In this document: positions 1 to 12,808 of the stretch, in pieces
How the letters are laid out: each line of letters begins with the position of its first letter
How positions within the stretch are numbered: the first letter of the stretch is position 1
NCBI GenBank assembly: GCA_002269645.1
Contig: NIVC01001995.1
Location: 62,001-126,000 of the forward strand
Direction of reading: 5' to 3'
DNA: 64,000 bases
Source of the DNA: Macrostomum lignano
Taxonomy: Eukaryota
Position numbers and translations under genes: made by a program
Notes under the pieces: generated by a model
What the model saw: only the letters and a program-made list of their open reading frames with translations
Databases searched by the model: none
Told to the model about the DNA's origin: nothing

Positions 1-124
1 GTGGATATGAGTGAATGAACAGTATGCGTGAGTGAATGAACAGTATGTGTGAGTGAATGATCAGTGGATATGAGTGAATAAACTGATTGTGAGTGAATGA
101 TCGGTGATCAAATCCAAGGCTCAC

Positions 125-3100
125 CTGCAGAATCTTGCCCCGGAACTCCTCCAAGAAGATGAGCTGCTGCTGGTACAGCGGGTCCAGAGTCCTCCTAGTC
201 ACTGTGGTCTTCTGCTTCTCGACACAGTTGCGACCCTCGAGCAGGTAGACTTTCACGTAGGGCGCCGGCAGGAGCTTGGCGCCCTTCTTGGCGTAGAGAC
301 CTCGCGCTCGGATGACCTCCACCTCCAGGTGGCCTTTCCTGTTGTACAAACTCAGCTGGATCTCGCCAAGGCAGGGCGCGCCCAGCACCTGCCTGCCCAC
401 CAGCTGGCCGGGGCCCAGGCCGTCCACGAATTCCGTCAGGGCAGCCCTGCGGATTCAGGGCGGGTTCACTGGGTGCGGATTGGCGGGTTCACTGGGTGCA
501 GATTGGCGGGTTCACTGGGTGCAGATTGGCGGGTTCACTGGGTGCGGATTGGCGGGTTCACTGGGTGCGGATTGGCGGGATCACTGGGTGCGGATTGGCG
601 GGTTCACTGGGTGCGGATTGGCGGGATCACTGGGTGCGGATTGGCGGGTTCACTGGGTGCGGATTGGCGGGTTTACTGGGTGCGGATTGGCGGGTTCACT
701 GGGTGCGGATTGGCGGGTTCACTGGGTGCGGATTGGCGGGTTCACTGGGTGCGGATTGGCGGGTTCACTGGGTGCGGATTGGCGGGTTCACTGGGTGCGG
801 ATTGGCGGGATCACTGGGTGCGGACTTGCTCCAGCCACTCACGGGTCCAAGCTGGTGAAGCTGCCCTCCCGCGAGCCACCGCCGAGCGACCGGCCGGACC
901 TGCTGACCCCCGAGGCCATGGGGTCGGGACCGACGGCGCCGTAACTGCCGACATCGCCTGCCGGGCCGCCGGCGGCCACCATGTGCATCGGCAGCACCTC
1001 CTCGGAGCGGATGGAAGTCTTGTGCCTGCGTTCTGAAGATTTGAAACGTGGAGTTAGGCCATTCTCTATTGCAGAATCGCCATTCCCTAATTTAGAATCG
1101 CCATTCCCTATTCAGAATCGCCATTTCCTAACTCAGAATCACCATTCTCTAATTCAGAATCGCCATTATCTAATTTAGAATCGCCATTCTCTAATTCAGA
1201 ATCGCCATTCTCTAATTCAGAACTGCCATTTTCTTCTAATTCAGAATCGCCATTCTCTAATGAAGAATCGCCATTCTCTAATGCAGAATCGCCATTCTCT
1301 ATTGCAGAATCGCCATTCCCTAATTCAGAATCGCCATTCCCTATTCAGAATCGCCATTTCCTAACTCAGAATCACCATTCTCTAATTCAGAATCGCCATT
1401 CTCTAATTCAGAACTGCCATTTTCTTCTAATTCAGAATCGCCATTCTCTAATGAAGAATCGCCATTCTCTAATTCAGAATCGCCATTCTCTAATTCAGAA
1501 TCGCCATTCTCTAATGAAGAATCGCCATTCTCTAATTCAGAATCGCCATTCTCTAATTCAGAATCGCCATTCTCTAATGCAGAATCGCCATTCTCTATTG
1601 CAGAATCGCCATTCCCTAATTCAGAATCGCCATTTCCTAACTCAGAATCGCCATTCTCTATTGCAGAATCGCCATTCTCTAATTCAGAATCGCCATTCTC
1701 TAATTCAGAATCGCCATTCTCTAATTCAGAATCACCATTCTCTAATTCAGAATCGCCATTTCCTAAGTCAGAATCGCCATTCTCTAATTCAGAATCGCCA
1801 TTCTCTAATTCAGAATCGCCATTCTCTAATTCATAATCGCCATTCTCTAATTCAGAATCGCCATTCTCTAATTCAGAATCGCCATTCTCTATTCAGAATC
1901 GTCATTCTCTAACTCAGAATCGCCATTCTCTAATTCAGAATCGCCATTCTCTAATTCAGAATCGCCATTCTCTAATTCAGAATCGCCATTCTCTAATGCA
2001 GAATCACCATTCTCTAATTCAGAATCCAGAACCCCGAGCTCCCCAGCGCACCCTGCAGGTTGTTGGTGCTGTTGCTCTTCCTGCCCAGGCTGGGGAACAG
2101 AGTGCTGAACCGGTGTCCGGAGCTGGAGCGACGGCTCCGGCCGCTAGCGGACGCCGAGGAGGCAGCGGCGGCGTCCCCGTGAGCGGAGATTTTTCGCCCG
2201 GTCGCTCCAGCGGCTGCGGACATCGCCGAGGAGCGGGACGCGGTGGCGGAAGCTGCGGCGGCATGCGCAGCGGCGGCACCTCCGCGCATCATCCTCGGTC
2301 GTTCGCTCTGCGTCGAAACGACGGACAGTTTCGACAACTCGGAGGCGGCGTCTGAATTCTCCGAGACGTCGCTGCCGCCGCCCTCTTCGAAGTCGAACCC
2401 GGCGCCTGGTCGGCGCCGATGCTGCTGCTGCTGGTACTGCGGGTGCTGCTGGTAGGCGTAGGGGTACCGCGGCTGCGGCTGGTCCGCCTGGAACTCATCT
2501 GACTGTCTTCGATGACGCGGCCGGCCGGTGACGCATTCGGACGCGGCCGGACTGGCCGAGCGGTCCAGCGAGTACGAGCTGCTCCGACCGTAGCCGCCTC
2601 TGCTGACGCCACCGCCAACCAGATGCTGCTGAGGCAGGATTGGCAGCTGTCGCTTTCGGCTGTTGACGCCGCCGAAGTCGCTGGTTGGGGACAGGGTCCG
2701 GCCTGTCGGGTCGAAGCCAATCATCGCCCGGCTGCGTGGGTCTGGAAAATATGCTCAAAAATTAGATGACAGTAACTGTTTAAATTATTTAATGCAAATT
2801 TTTACTCATCCCATTCGGAGCATTAAAAATTAGCTGAGACTTATCTATTTACATTTTAATCTGACCAACCAGAAATCAATTCTAAAAATCAATCCGGAAA
2901 ATCAATCCGGAAAATCAATCCGGAAAATCGGAACAATGGAATACTAAACCGGGAAATTAACCCGAAAGTCAGTCCGAAAATCTATTTATTATCTAACTTA
3001 AGTACAAAATTAATTTCAAGAAAAGTTTTTTATCATGTGAAACTAATTTTGGAGAATAAATTTAACATAACTTTTTAAACTTACCATATCGATACGAGTC

Positions 3101-6100
3101 CACAAAATCGTTACTGAATGTCTGCAATGTTAAGCATGTTGCCACACATACATGTATCCATTTTTCGTCATTACCTCTTGTTTTTCGAAACAACGAATGT
3201 CTATCGTTTGAGAATTTGTCTGACTATACATATTTTTACGAAACTCACTGGAGTTGGGGCATCCGACTCGCATTGCGAGGTCAAACTGTACCAGGCCGGC
3301 TCATTGTTCAGGTCGCATTCGATCAGGTTCAGGGTAGTCTGAAATGCCAGTTGTTTTTGTACGGCTTGCAATTCGTGCTTCAAATCTAATGGGAAAGATG
3401 TACATTTTGTGTGAAGATTCTGTGGCATGTCAGATCTAGACTGTCAGAAGATTTGTGTCAAAACTTAGGTCTGGAGCTGTAAGATGCAGAATGTCCGCTA
3501 TAGAATGTCAAATATAGAATGTCAGATATAGAATGTCAGATATAGAATGTCAGATACAGAATGTCAGATATAGAATGTCAGATATAGAATGTCAGATACA
3601 GAATGTCAGATACAGAATGTCAGATGCAGAATGTCAGCTATAGAATGTCAAATATAGAATGTCAGATATAGAATGTCAGATACAGAATGTCAGATACAGA
3701 ATGTCAGATACAGAATGTCAGATACAGAATGTCAGATACAGAATGTCAGATGCAGAATGTCAGCTATAGAATGTCAAATATAGAATGTCAGATATAGAAT
3801 GTCAGATACAGAATGTCAGATACAGAATGTCAGATACAGAATGTCAGATACAGAATGTCAGATGCAGAATGTCAGCTATAGAATGTCAAATATAGAATGT
3901 CAAATATAGAATGTCAGATACAGAATGTCAAATATAGAATGTCAGATACAGAATGTCAGATATAGAATTTCAGATACAGAATGTCAGATATAGAATTTCA
4001 GATACAGAATGTCAGATATAGAATGTCAGATATAGAATGTCAGATACAGAATGTCAGATATAGAATTTCAGATACAGAATGTCAGATATAGAATGTCCGC
4101 TATAGAATGTCCGCTATAGAATGTCAGATATAGAATGTCAGATACAGAATGTCAGATATAGAATGTCAGATACAGAATGTCAGATATAGAATGTCAGATA
4201 TAGAATGTCAGATACAGAATGTCAGATATAGAATGTCAGATACAGAATGTCAGATATAGAATGTCAGATACAGAATGTCAGATACAGAATGTCAGATATA
4301 GAATGTCAGATATAGAATTTCAGATATAGAATGTCAGACACAGAATGTCAGATACAGAATGTCAGATACAGAATGTCAGATATAGAATGTCAGATATAGA
4401 ATGTCAGATACAGAATGTCAGATACAGAATGTCAGATACAGAATGTCAGATACAGAATGTCAGATATAGAATGTCAGATACAGAATGTCAGATACAGAAT
4501 GTCAGATACAGAATGTCAGATACAGAATGTCAGATATAGAATGTCAGATACAGAATGTCAGACCGATGGCCCAGACTCCACCCCAGCCAACAGACCTCTC
4601 CAATGAGTTGTTTGCCATTTCTGTCATCTGAGTCGATGACTTCGATCTGCAGGCTGCCCCTGGCCACGATTTCCTCCGTGACGGGCGCGAAGGTGAACAG
4701 CTGATTCCATTGGGGGTCGAAGCTGAACGGCACCACTTTGGACTTGCGCTTCTGGCTGCCAATTGTGGGGCGGGTTCAACGGGAAAGGTTTTTTGAGCTC
4801 AGCTTTGAGCAGCATAGACTTGAAGCTTGAGCATAGCCGCCTGTATGCGTCACATGCTGTGGCTCCTGTGTCTTCTTAGGGTGGGCTCCTGTGTCTTCTT
4901 AGGGTGGGCTCTTGTGTCTTCTTAGGGTGGGCTCTTGTGTCTTCTTAGGGTGGGCGCCTGTGTCTTCTTAGGGTGGGCGCCTGTGTCTTCTTAGGGTGGG
5001 CGCCTGTGTCTTCTTAGGGTGGGCTCTTGTGTCTTCTTAGGGTGGGCGCCTGTGTCTTCTTAGGGTGGGCTCTTGTGTCTTCTTAGGGTGGGCTCCTGTG
5101 TCTTCTTAGGGTGGGCTCCTGTGTCTTCTTAGGGTGGGCGCCTGTGTCTTCTTAGGGTGGGCGCCTGTGTCTTCTTAGGGTGGGCGCCTGTGTCTTCTTA
5201 GGGTGGGCGCCTGTGTCTTCTTAGGGTGGGCTCTTGTGTCTTCTTAGGGTGGGCGCCTGTGTCTTCTTAGGGTGGGCTCTTGTGTCTTCTTAGGGTGGGC
5301 GCCTGTGTCTTCTTAGGGTGGGCTCCTGTGTCGTCTTAGGGTGGGCTCTTGTGTCTTCTTAGGGTGGGCGCCTGTGTCTTCTTAGGGTGGGCTCCTGTGT
5401 CGTCTTAGGGTGGGTCCTGTGTCTTGATATATTCAGGTAAAAAACTTTTTATGATAGATTTGCCCTGTTCAAGAGGTGGCTGAAACTAAAAGTCCAGCTC
5501 AACCGGCCTGCGCACGCCTCTGCACACAGGCACGGTACGCTCTAGTCGTCTGCTCCCTCTCCAGAGACTCTCTGCTCACTCAATCTCCGGTACAAGACCG
5601 AGCACAGCGAATGCGCTCGGTGGTGCACCGTCTGGAGCCGACGGTGCCAGCCCAAAGGCCGACATCAGGCAGCAGGTCAGCTGGCAGACCAACGGGTCGA
5701 ACCACAGCTGAAGCTGGATTCGTCCAGCCGAACTGAATCGCGGAATCGGCGATGCGGCGCCGGCCATGTCCTGCGAGGCGGTTCGCGTGATCCGCATGGT
5801 TGGGATGCGGCTGTTGGTCAGGGGGCGGCTCCGCGGTGTTGCTGGCAGCCCTGCAAGGATTGGTGGTAATTAGTGCTTCGTTGCAGCCCATATGTTGCTC
5901 TCTGGCCTAGAGCTCTTCAACCTCCTCACTGCCTGCCCCGCCACCCCATTCTTCAACCCTCCTCACTGCCCGCCTCGCCACCCCATTCTTCAATCCTCTT
6001 CACTGCCTACCCCGCCACCCCATTCTTCAATCCTCTTCACTGCCTACCCCGCCACCCCATTCTTCAATCCTCTTCACTGCCCGCCCCGCCACCCCATTCT

Positions 6101-9100
6101 TCAACCCTCCTAACTGCCCGCCTCGCCACATTCTTAACCTTCTCGGTGTCTGCCCCGCCACCACCAACTCACCCATTAGATCGTCTGGCGGCAGTTGGTG
6201 CAGATGCTGCTGCTGCTGCTGTTGCAAATATTTAGCTTCCATTTCTTGCGTGCCGTCGCTGCAAGAGTTAATAATTTAATTACATGATTAAACTTTTTAT
6301 TATTCTGTCACAGTTAAATTTTCTAAGAATCCAGGACAGGCCGACACTCACTCCAAAGGCCGCTGTACAACTAGCTCAATCTGCCTGTCGCTTTTGCACT
6401 CCACCAAGATGGCGAACACCTCCTCGAATGTGAGGCCCTTTAGCGAGCGATTGTTCCACTCCAGCACCTCGTCATCTGGCCGAAGTTTGCCGACGCGGTC
6501 GGCCACGCTGCCCGGCTTCACCTTGGTGATGAAGGCGCCAAGCCTGCCGGACATAGTCATGCGACCACCGATCACCTTGACACCTGGAGTGGAGCGGGTA
6601 GGGCTTGCAGATTGGGCTGCTTGTCTGGGTTGATTTGGGCAGAGGCGCAGGGTGGGGTTAGCGGGTTATGAAAGAATCACAGAGAGGGTTGCTAGGGCCC
6701 GCTGAAGGATCAGGGAGGGGGTATCTAGGGCCCGCTGAAGGATCAGGGAGGGGGTAGCTAGGGCCCGCTGAAGGATCAGGGAGGGGGTAGCTAGGGCCCG
6801 CTGAAGGATCAGGGAGGGGGTAGCTAGGGCCCGCTGAAGGATCAGGGAGGGGGTAGCTAGGGCCCGCTGAAGGATCAGAGAGGGGGTAGCTGAGTAGCAA
6901 GTTGAGTCGAGTAGCCAGCGTCAGTCCCGACTCACCCAAGTCCAGCACATTGCCCCGATCGTCCAAATCCTTGGTGAGCAGCATGTGGCCGATGACTCTG
7001 CGCCTATCGCTGTGCACTTGCCAGGTCACCGGGTGCTGAGTAGAAAAATTACACGTGGATAAATGCAAAACGCGAGAATAATAAATATCCTACTGATCAA
7101 AGTAGCAACTAGCGAGTTTAACGTCAGTTTCATAAAAATCTGTTAAAACCGGGGGTGCAAATTTTTATTGCAAATTGTCAACACCCGTCTTTCCTCAGGC
7201 AATGAAACTCAAGGCTCGCACTAAGACAGATCGACACGCACTAATGTCTACTGAAAAATTTATATTATATAAACCAATCTGAAAGCAGGGGAAAACATGT
7301 CATGATTTTTTAATCAAAAAGTTTTAGAGTTCTAAATGTATTCTCAAATTCCTCGTACACTCACCGACAGAAAACTTTTCACTTTGGCATCGATGGCCGC
7401 CTGCCGCCTTCTGTCGCTGCCTGCAACGCGTGTTGTGACCTTTTTTTGTGAGGAAAACTCTGCGATATGCAAACCGCACAGACACAACAGACTGCAGACA
7501 CCTCAGACCGCACAGACACCTCAGACAGCACAGACACCTCAGACCGAACAGACACCTCAGACCGCACAGACACCTCAGACCGAACAGACACCTCAGACTG
7601 CAGACACCTCAGACTGCACAGACACCTCAGACTGCAGACACCTCAGACTGCAGACACCTCAGACCGCACAGACACCTCAGACCGCACAGACACCTCAGAC
7701 CGCACAGACACCTCAGACCGAACAGACACCTCAGACCGCACAGACACCTCAGACCGCACAGACACCTCAGACCGCACAGACACCTCAGACCGAACAGACA
7801 CCTCAGACTGCACAGACACCTCAGACCGCACAGACACCTCAGACCGCACAGACACCTCAGACCGCACAGACACCTCAGACCGCACAGACACCTCAGACTG
7901 CAGACACCTCAGACTGCAGACACCTCAGACTGCAGACACCTCAGACTGCAGACACCTCAGACTGCAGACACCTCAGACTGCAGACACCTCAGACTGCAGA
8001 CACCTCAGACTGCAGACACCTCAGACTGCAGACACCTCAGACTGCAGACACCTCAGACTGCAGACACCTCAGACTGCAGACACCTCAGACTGCAGACACC
8101 TCAGACTGCAGACACCTCAGACCGCACAGACACCTCAGACTGCAGACACCTCAGACTGCACAGACACCTCAGACTGCACAGACACCTCAGACTGCAGACA
8201 CCTCAGACCGCACAGACACCTCAGACAGCACAGACACCTCAGACCGAACAGACACCTCAGACCGCACAGACACCTCAGACCGAACAGACACCTCAGACTG
8301 CAGACACCTCAGACTGCAGACACCTCAGACCGCACAGACACCTCAGACAGCACAGACACCTCAGACCGAACAGACACCTCAGACCGCACAGACACCTCAG
8401 ACCGAACAGACACCTCAGACTGCAGACACCTCAGACTGCAGACACCTCAGACCGCACAGACACCTCAGGCCGCACAGACACCTTAGACCGAACAGACACC
8501 TCAGACTGCAGACACCTCAGACTGCAGACACCTCAGGCCGCACAGACACCTTAGACCGCACAGACACCTCAGACTGCACAGACACCTCAGACCGCACAGA
8601 CACCTCAGACTGCAGACACCTCAGACCGCACAGACACCTCAGACAGCACAGACACCTCAGACTGCACAGACACCTCAGACCGCACAGACACCTCAGACTG
8701 CAGACACCTCAGACCGCACAGACACCTCAGACAGCACAGACACCTCAGACCGAACAGACACCTCAGACTGCACAGACAACTCAAACCCACAAACATCCCC
8801 TGAAATCCAATTCAGCTAGCCCAGCCTCTTGCCTCTCTCCATCCCGAGCTCCGGTTCTGTCTCCGGGTCCCAGCAGTTGGCGGCCACCGGATCTGAGCCG
8901 GCCACACCTCGCTGCTCTTCGTCGCTGGAGCTGAAGCTGAACTGCTGCGGCTGCGGCTGCGGCTGAGTCAACTGTTTCGGCTGATGTTGTTGGTGTTGCT
9001 GATGATGCTGCTGATGAGTCCGGCTAGAGGAGACTGTGGCGGCATTGTACTGACCCGACGGATCGTAAATTCTTCTGCTGCCACCGCCGCTGCCACCGCC

Positions 9101-12100
9101 GCTGCCACCGCCGCTGCCACCACCGCTGCCACCGCCGCTGCCACCGCCGCTGCCACCGCCGCTGCCACCGCCGCTGCCACCGCCACCGCGTCTTCGAGGC
9201 GACGCCGATGACGCGGTTGCAGCGTTGGGAGCGGTGGGGTCGTCACCTGCTGGTGGCGCCTGTCGTTGATGTCGCTGCTGCTGTTGTTGTGGCTGCTGCT
9301 GCTGCTGTTGCGGCTGCTGCTGCTGTTGTTGCGGCTGCTGCTGCCTCTGCGATTGCCGAGGTGAGCGGTACTGCTGCTGCTGATGGTCTCGAGCCTCCGA
9401 TCGGGCTCGAACCGCGGCCGACGACGGTGCCCCGGCGCCGGCGCCGGAAGCGCGCGAATTCGAGCGCGCCGTCGCAGCAGAGGCGTCGTTGCTGCCGCCG
9501 CCGCCGCCGCTGCCGTTGTTGTTTGGAAGTCTCGGCGACTGCCGACCGGAGCTGTCAGTGAGGGAATTTTGCCTGGGGGAGGTTTGAGGTAACTGAGGTT
9601 TGAAGAATGCAGCTCCCCCCAGAGCTAAAACTCCGAAAGAAAATAATAGTTTTTAAGATGCTTTTCAACCGAAAACTAGAATCGAGCAATCCAGGACAAA
9701 CTCAGGATCTCACCTGACTAGGTTTTGCGAATTGCTTCTGTTTTGAGATTTTTGCCGCGGCTGCTGCTGCTGAGGCTGCTGCTGCTGCCGATGTTGCGGC
9801 TGCTGCTGTTGCGATTTTTGATTTTCTTGCTGCTGTTTCTGACTCTGGTTGGCCACTGCACTGTTAGCCTGAGACCCAGAAGGTGCAGCAGCGGCAGACC
9901 CGGTCGTCGTCGCTGACGTGGCGGCTGCCGAGGCGCCTCCAGCCGACGCTCCACTTCGACGCCCAGCTGGCTGGCAGTTGGTGCAGACCCAGACGCTCTG
10001 CGAGTTTGGAATTATCTATAGTCAACTGTGATAGAAGCTCGCAGTTCCCCGAGCGCAGAAATTAAACGGTTGCTCAGGCAAAAACTCCAAGTTGAGAAAC
10101 TACTTCAAGTAGAACATAAACTGGTAGAACAGAACAGGCTGGCGTGCGAAGGCGTGTTGCGACCAGCGAAAGCAAAATTGAAAGGAACGGATAGAAGGAG
10201 AGGTGAGAAGAAGAGAAAGGGGGAGAGAGTAGAGAGAGGAACAGAAGAGAGAGAAGAGAGACGGAGAGAGAGGAGAGGACAGGAAGAGGAGAGAGGAGAG
10301 ATGGGGGGAGAGAGGAAAGAGAGAGAAGAGAGAGACGGAGAGAGGGGAGAGAGAGAAGAGGGGAGAGGGGGAGAGAGGGAGATGGGGAGAGATAAGGGAG
10401 AGGAGGAGAGGGACGGGAGAGAGAGGGGGCATAGAGAGGGAGAGAGAGGGGGCATAGAGAGGGAGGGGGAGAGGGAGAGGGAGAGGAACTCCCGCATCCC
10501 CGCAGAGCAGCGGCGAGAGGACAGAAGACCAGGAGGCAGAGAAGAGCAGCCAGAAAGCCCAGAGGAATCCAAAAGCGGCTTAGCTGGCACAAGAAGTGGA
10601 GAGTTAGCGCGCCGGGGACTTGGCTGACAAGCCGCAAATATGCCGGAGCCAGAGCGGGCCGGCAGGGGCGGCCAGTGTGCAATTCAGTAAGCAGGGAGCC
10701 CGGCATCTGGACTGCAGCTCTAATTGGCGGAGAAATCCACTTGATGCGCCCTAACGCGCTGCCGCCGCCTCTGCCTTTCCTTCTGCCAACCCCGGCTCTG
10801 GCAGATCCGTACTGCATGCGTTTCTGAGTGTATCTGAGTAACATGTCTGATTTTTCAACCGCATTCTCTGGGGACGAAAATTCGTGGCTGCCTTCGTTAC
10901 GCTCTCGCACTCACTCCACTCTTTGAACTGGATATTGGATGGGCGCTCCCGGAAGCGCCTGACTTTGCTCGAGTTCTTTCTTGGGAAGACAAGCGGGTGT
11001 GGAGAGCAGCCGCATGGCTTCGCGTGGATGCTTGAGGCCTTGTAAAGCCTTCGATTGTATGCACTGAGGAGCTTTCTCTAGGAATCTTTTAGTCCTTTGT
11101 GTGAGAGAGCAGAGGGAGAGGGAAGGAGTGAAAATGGAAAGGAAGTGTAAGTGAGAGATGGAGATACGAGTAGGACTGGTAGAGACAAGAGGTAGGGAGA
11201 GAGGGGATAGGGAGAGAGGGGAGAAAAGTGAGAGAGCGATGGAGATAGAAAAGAGGGAGATAGGAGGCAGGGAGATACGAGAGACAGATACGAGAGGGAG
11301 ATAGGAGGGAGGGAGATAGGAGAGAAAGAGATAGGGAGAAAAGGGAGAAAGCGATGGAGATAGAAGAGAGGGAGATGGGGAGGTAGGAGAGAGGGAGATG
11401 GGGAGGTAGGAGAGAGGGAGATAGGAGAGAGGGAGATAAGAGAGAGGGAGATTTGAGAGAGGGAGACGGGAGAGAGGGAGATGAAAGAGAGGAAGATAGA
11501 AGAGGGAGATAGGAAATGGGGAGATAGGAGAGATTGAGATAGGAGAGGGAGATGGGAGAGAGGGAGATGAGAGAGAGATAGGAGAGAGGAAGATGGGAAA
11601 CAGAGATTGGAGAGGGGAGATGAGAGATTTGGATTCTTAAAACACAGGAACTTGGACAGAGACGGGATTGAGATGAATGCGTATAATTATACATTTGAAT
11701 GCTTACGTACAATGGCTAACGACAATCATTCAAGCTTAGGCGTGCAGCGTTAACAATCAGCAAAGATGACAAGTAAGGAACTTCTATTAAAGTGCGAGTT
11801 TTCTGTGCAAAAGCTACACGGGTTGTGAAACGAGAAATAACAAGCGAACTAAACTGATATAAAGTCTAAAGTCTATAAAGGACCAACCATAACATGCTTC
11901 AAATCTAACGCAAGGACCACTGGTAGAGCTGTACGTGCGGAAGAAACTTTAATGTTTTTGTTTTTAGCACTAAACTTTTAGTATACTGGACTAGCCATCT
12001 TGAGCCCCCGTTGGTAGGCAAAAAAGGAAGGGATCGTTTATTTTCGAAAAAAATTAAAAAGGCTTTCGTTTGAATATCAAGCTTTCCTGCTTAAGATATC

Positions 12101-12808
12101 ATCTTTCCTCTGAGATTTGACTCAAAGCATCTCACCTTTGAGCCATTATGCTAAAAACCTAACCCTCTAACTTCCCCTTCCCAGTATACATTTTTCTCCG
12201 AGGCTGTTTCGAAAGTTTTCATCAATTTTGATTCAAAAAGTCCAAGGAATGGCGAGACTAGCAGTGGTCCTTGCCCGAATCTCTACCAACCTAACTCCCT
12301 TACCCTGGTCACTGATGCAGCGTTTGCATCGCTCGATGATGAGGCTGCTGCAGAAGAATCCTGACGGCAAAGGGCGAGTTGACCAGTTAACTCTAGTTAA
12401 GTAGTTTAAGCTTACACGGCGTTTCTGTGCTTCGAAGGCCGATAACTCTCTTACCTGCGTAGGTTTAATGCTGGTCTTTGTCCCGCACCTGGCGCAGGTC
12501 TTTAGCCGGCAATAGTGGCACAGGTGCCCGTAGCCTTCGGCGTATTTCACTCGGCAGCACACCTGACAGGTGCCGCCCTCGCTGACTGCCAGCTTCGGAA
12601 TCGTCGACGGGGCGACGGCGGCGGCGGCGGTGCCGGCGGGCAGGTCGGCATCGTGTGGTCCCGCCTGATCCTCGCCCGGCCGCCCGGCTGCCCGCACGCC
12701 GATCTCGTCCTGAATTCCCCTGAAAGCGTTCTCGGCCTGGTCAGTGACCTGCTTGGCCTGGTTCGACACCCAGTCGAATACTTTGCTGCCGAAGCCGCCA
12801 AAGTTCAT
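125..12808 (-). CDS. RIMS: RIM / unc-10 (regulating synaptic membrane exocytosis) active-zone scaffold; 3' end lies beyond the left edge of the window
   Basis: Manual GT-AG model: 12455-12808, 9714-9997, 8908-9551, 7365-7459, 6936-7035, 6352-6583, 6173-6258, 5580-5850, 4596-4755, 3249-3338, 3085-3121, 2052-2741, 843-1032, 125-446 (3555 nt, all phases consistent). Recognised RIM motifs: Zn finger CQVCCRVKYAEGYGHLCHYCRLKTCARCG..VWVCTNC; AKVKSFLSHPVTWQ; PDZ GVKVIGGRMTMSGRLGAFITKVKPGSVAD; C2A DPQWNQLF..NEPAWYSL; C2B FVDGLGPGQLVGRQVL..APYVKVYLLEG..RRTLDPLYQQ. An upstream coding exon is possible (acceptor at 12829). Confidence 0.93.
455..825. repeat. 23-bp minisatellite (GGATTGGCGGGTTCACTGGGTGC)n in a RIM intron
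   Basis: Direct tandem copies visible; source of spurious ORFs 104..1036, 312..944 and 496..858. Confidence 0.95.
1066..2024. repeat. 21-bp minisatellite (CAGAATCGCCATTCTCTAATT)n in a RIM intron
   Basis: Tandem copies visible; translate as repeated QNRHSLI. Confidence 0.95.
3484..4561. repeat. 14-bp minisatellite (CAGATAYAGAATGT)n in a RIM intron
   Basis: Tandem copies visible between the two C2A exons. Confidence 0.95.
4861..5424. repeat. 23-bp minisatellite (GGGTGGGCKCYTGTGTCTTCTTA)n in a RIM intron
   Basis: Tandem copies visible. Confidence 0.95.
5915..6140. repeat. ~35-bp minisatellite (CTCACTGCCYRCCCCGCCACCCCATTCTTCAAYCCT) in a RIM intron
   Basis: About six degenerate tandem copies. 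Confidence 0.85.
6690..6890. repeat. 33-bp minisatellite (GCTAGGGCCCGCTGAAGGATCAGGGAGGGGGTA)n in a RIM intron
   Basis: About six near-identical copies; translate on the minus strand as PDPSAGPSYPL. Confidence 0.92.
7480..8775. repeat. Mixed 16/18-bp minisatellite (CAGACACCTCAGACYG[CA])n in a RIM intron
   Basis: Tandem copies visible; source of spurious long ORFs 7336..8934, 7448..8554 and 7467..8486. Confidence 0.95.
10190..11625. repeat. Two GA-rich polypurine low-complexity tracts (about 10190-10490 and 11100-11625) in the long RIM intron
   Basis: Nearly pure A/G on the + strand. Confidence 0.85.

Noticed and set aside
104-1036. Plus-strand 310-aa ORF
   Set aside because: Antisense shadow of RIM exons plus the 23-bp repeat.
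7336-8934. Long ORFs (532, 368 and 339 aa) across the 16/18-bp array
   Set aside because: Stop-free translations of a minisatellite in several frames, antisense to a RIM intron.
10900-11020. Possible alternative RIM first exon (MRLLSTPACLPKK..) inside the long intron
   Set aside because: The best donor (GA/gtgagt) is phase 2 while the next exon needs phase 0, and there is no homology support.
10028-11712. ORFs rich in E/R/G or L/S/P
   Set aside because: Translations of GA-rich low-complexity tracts.
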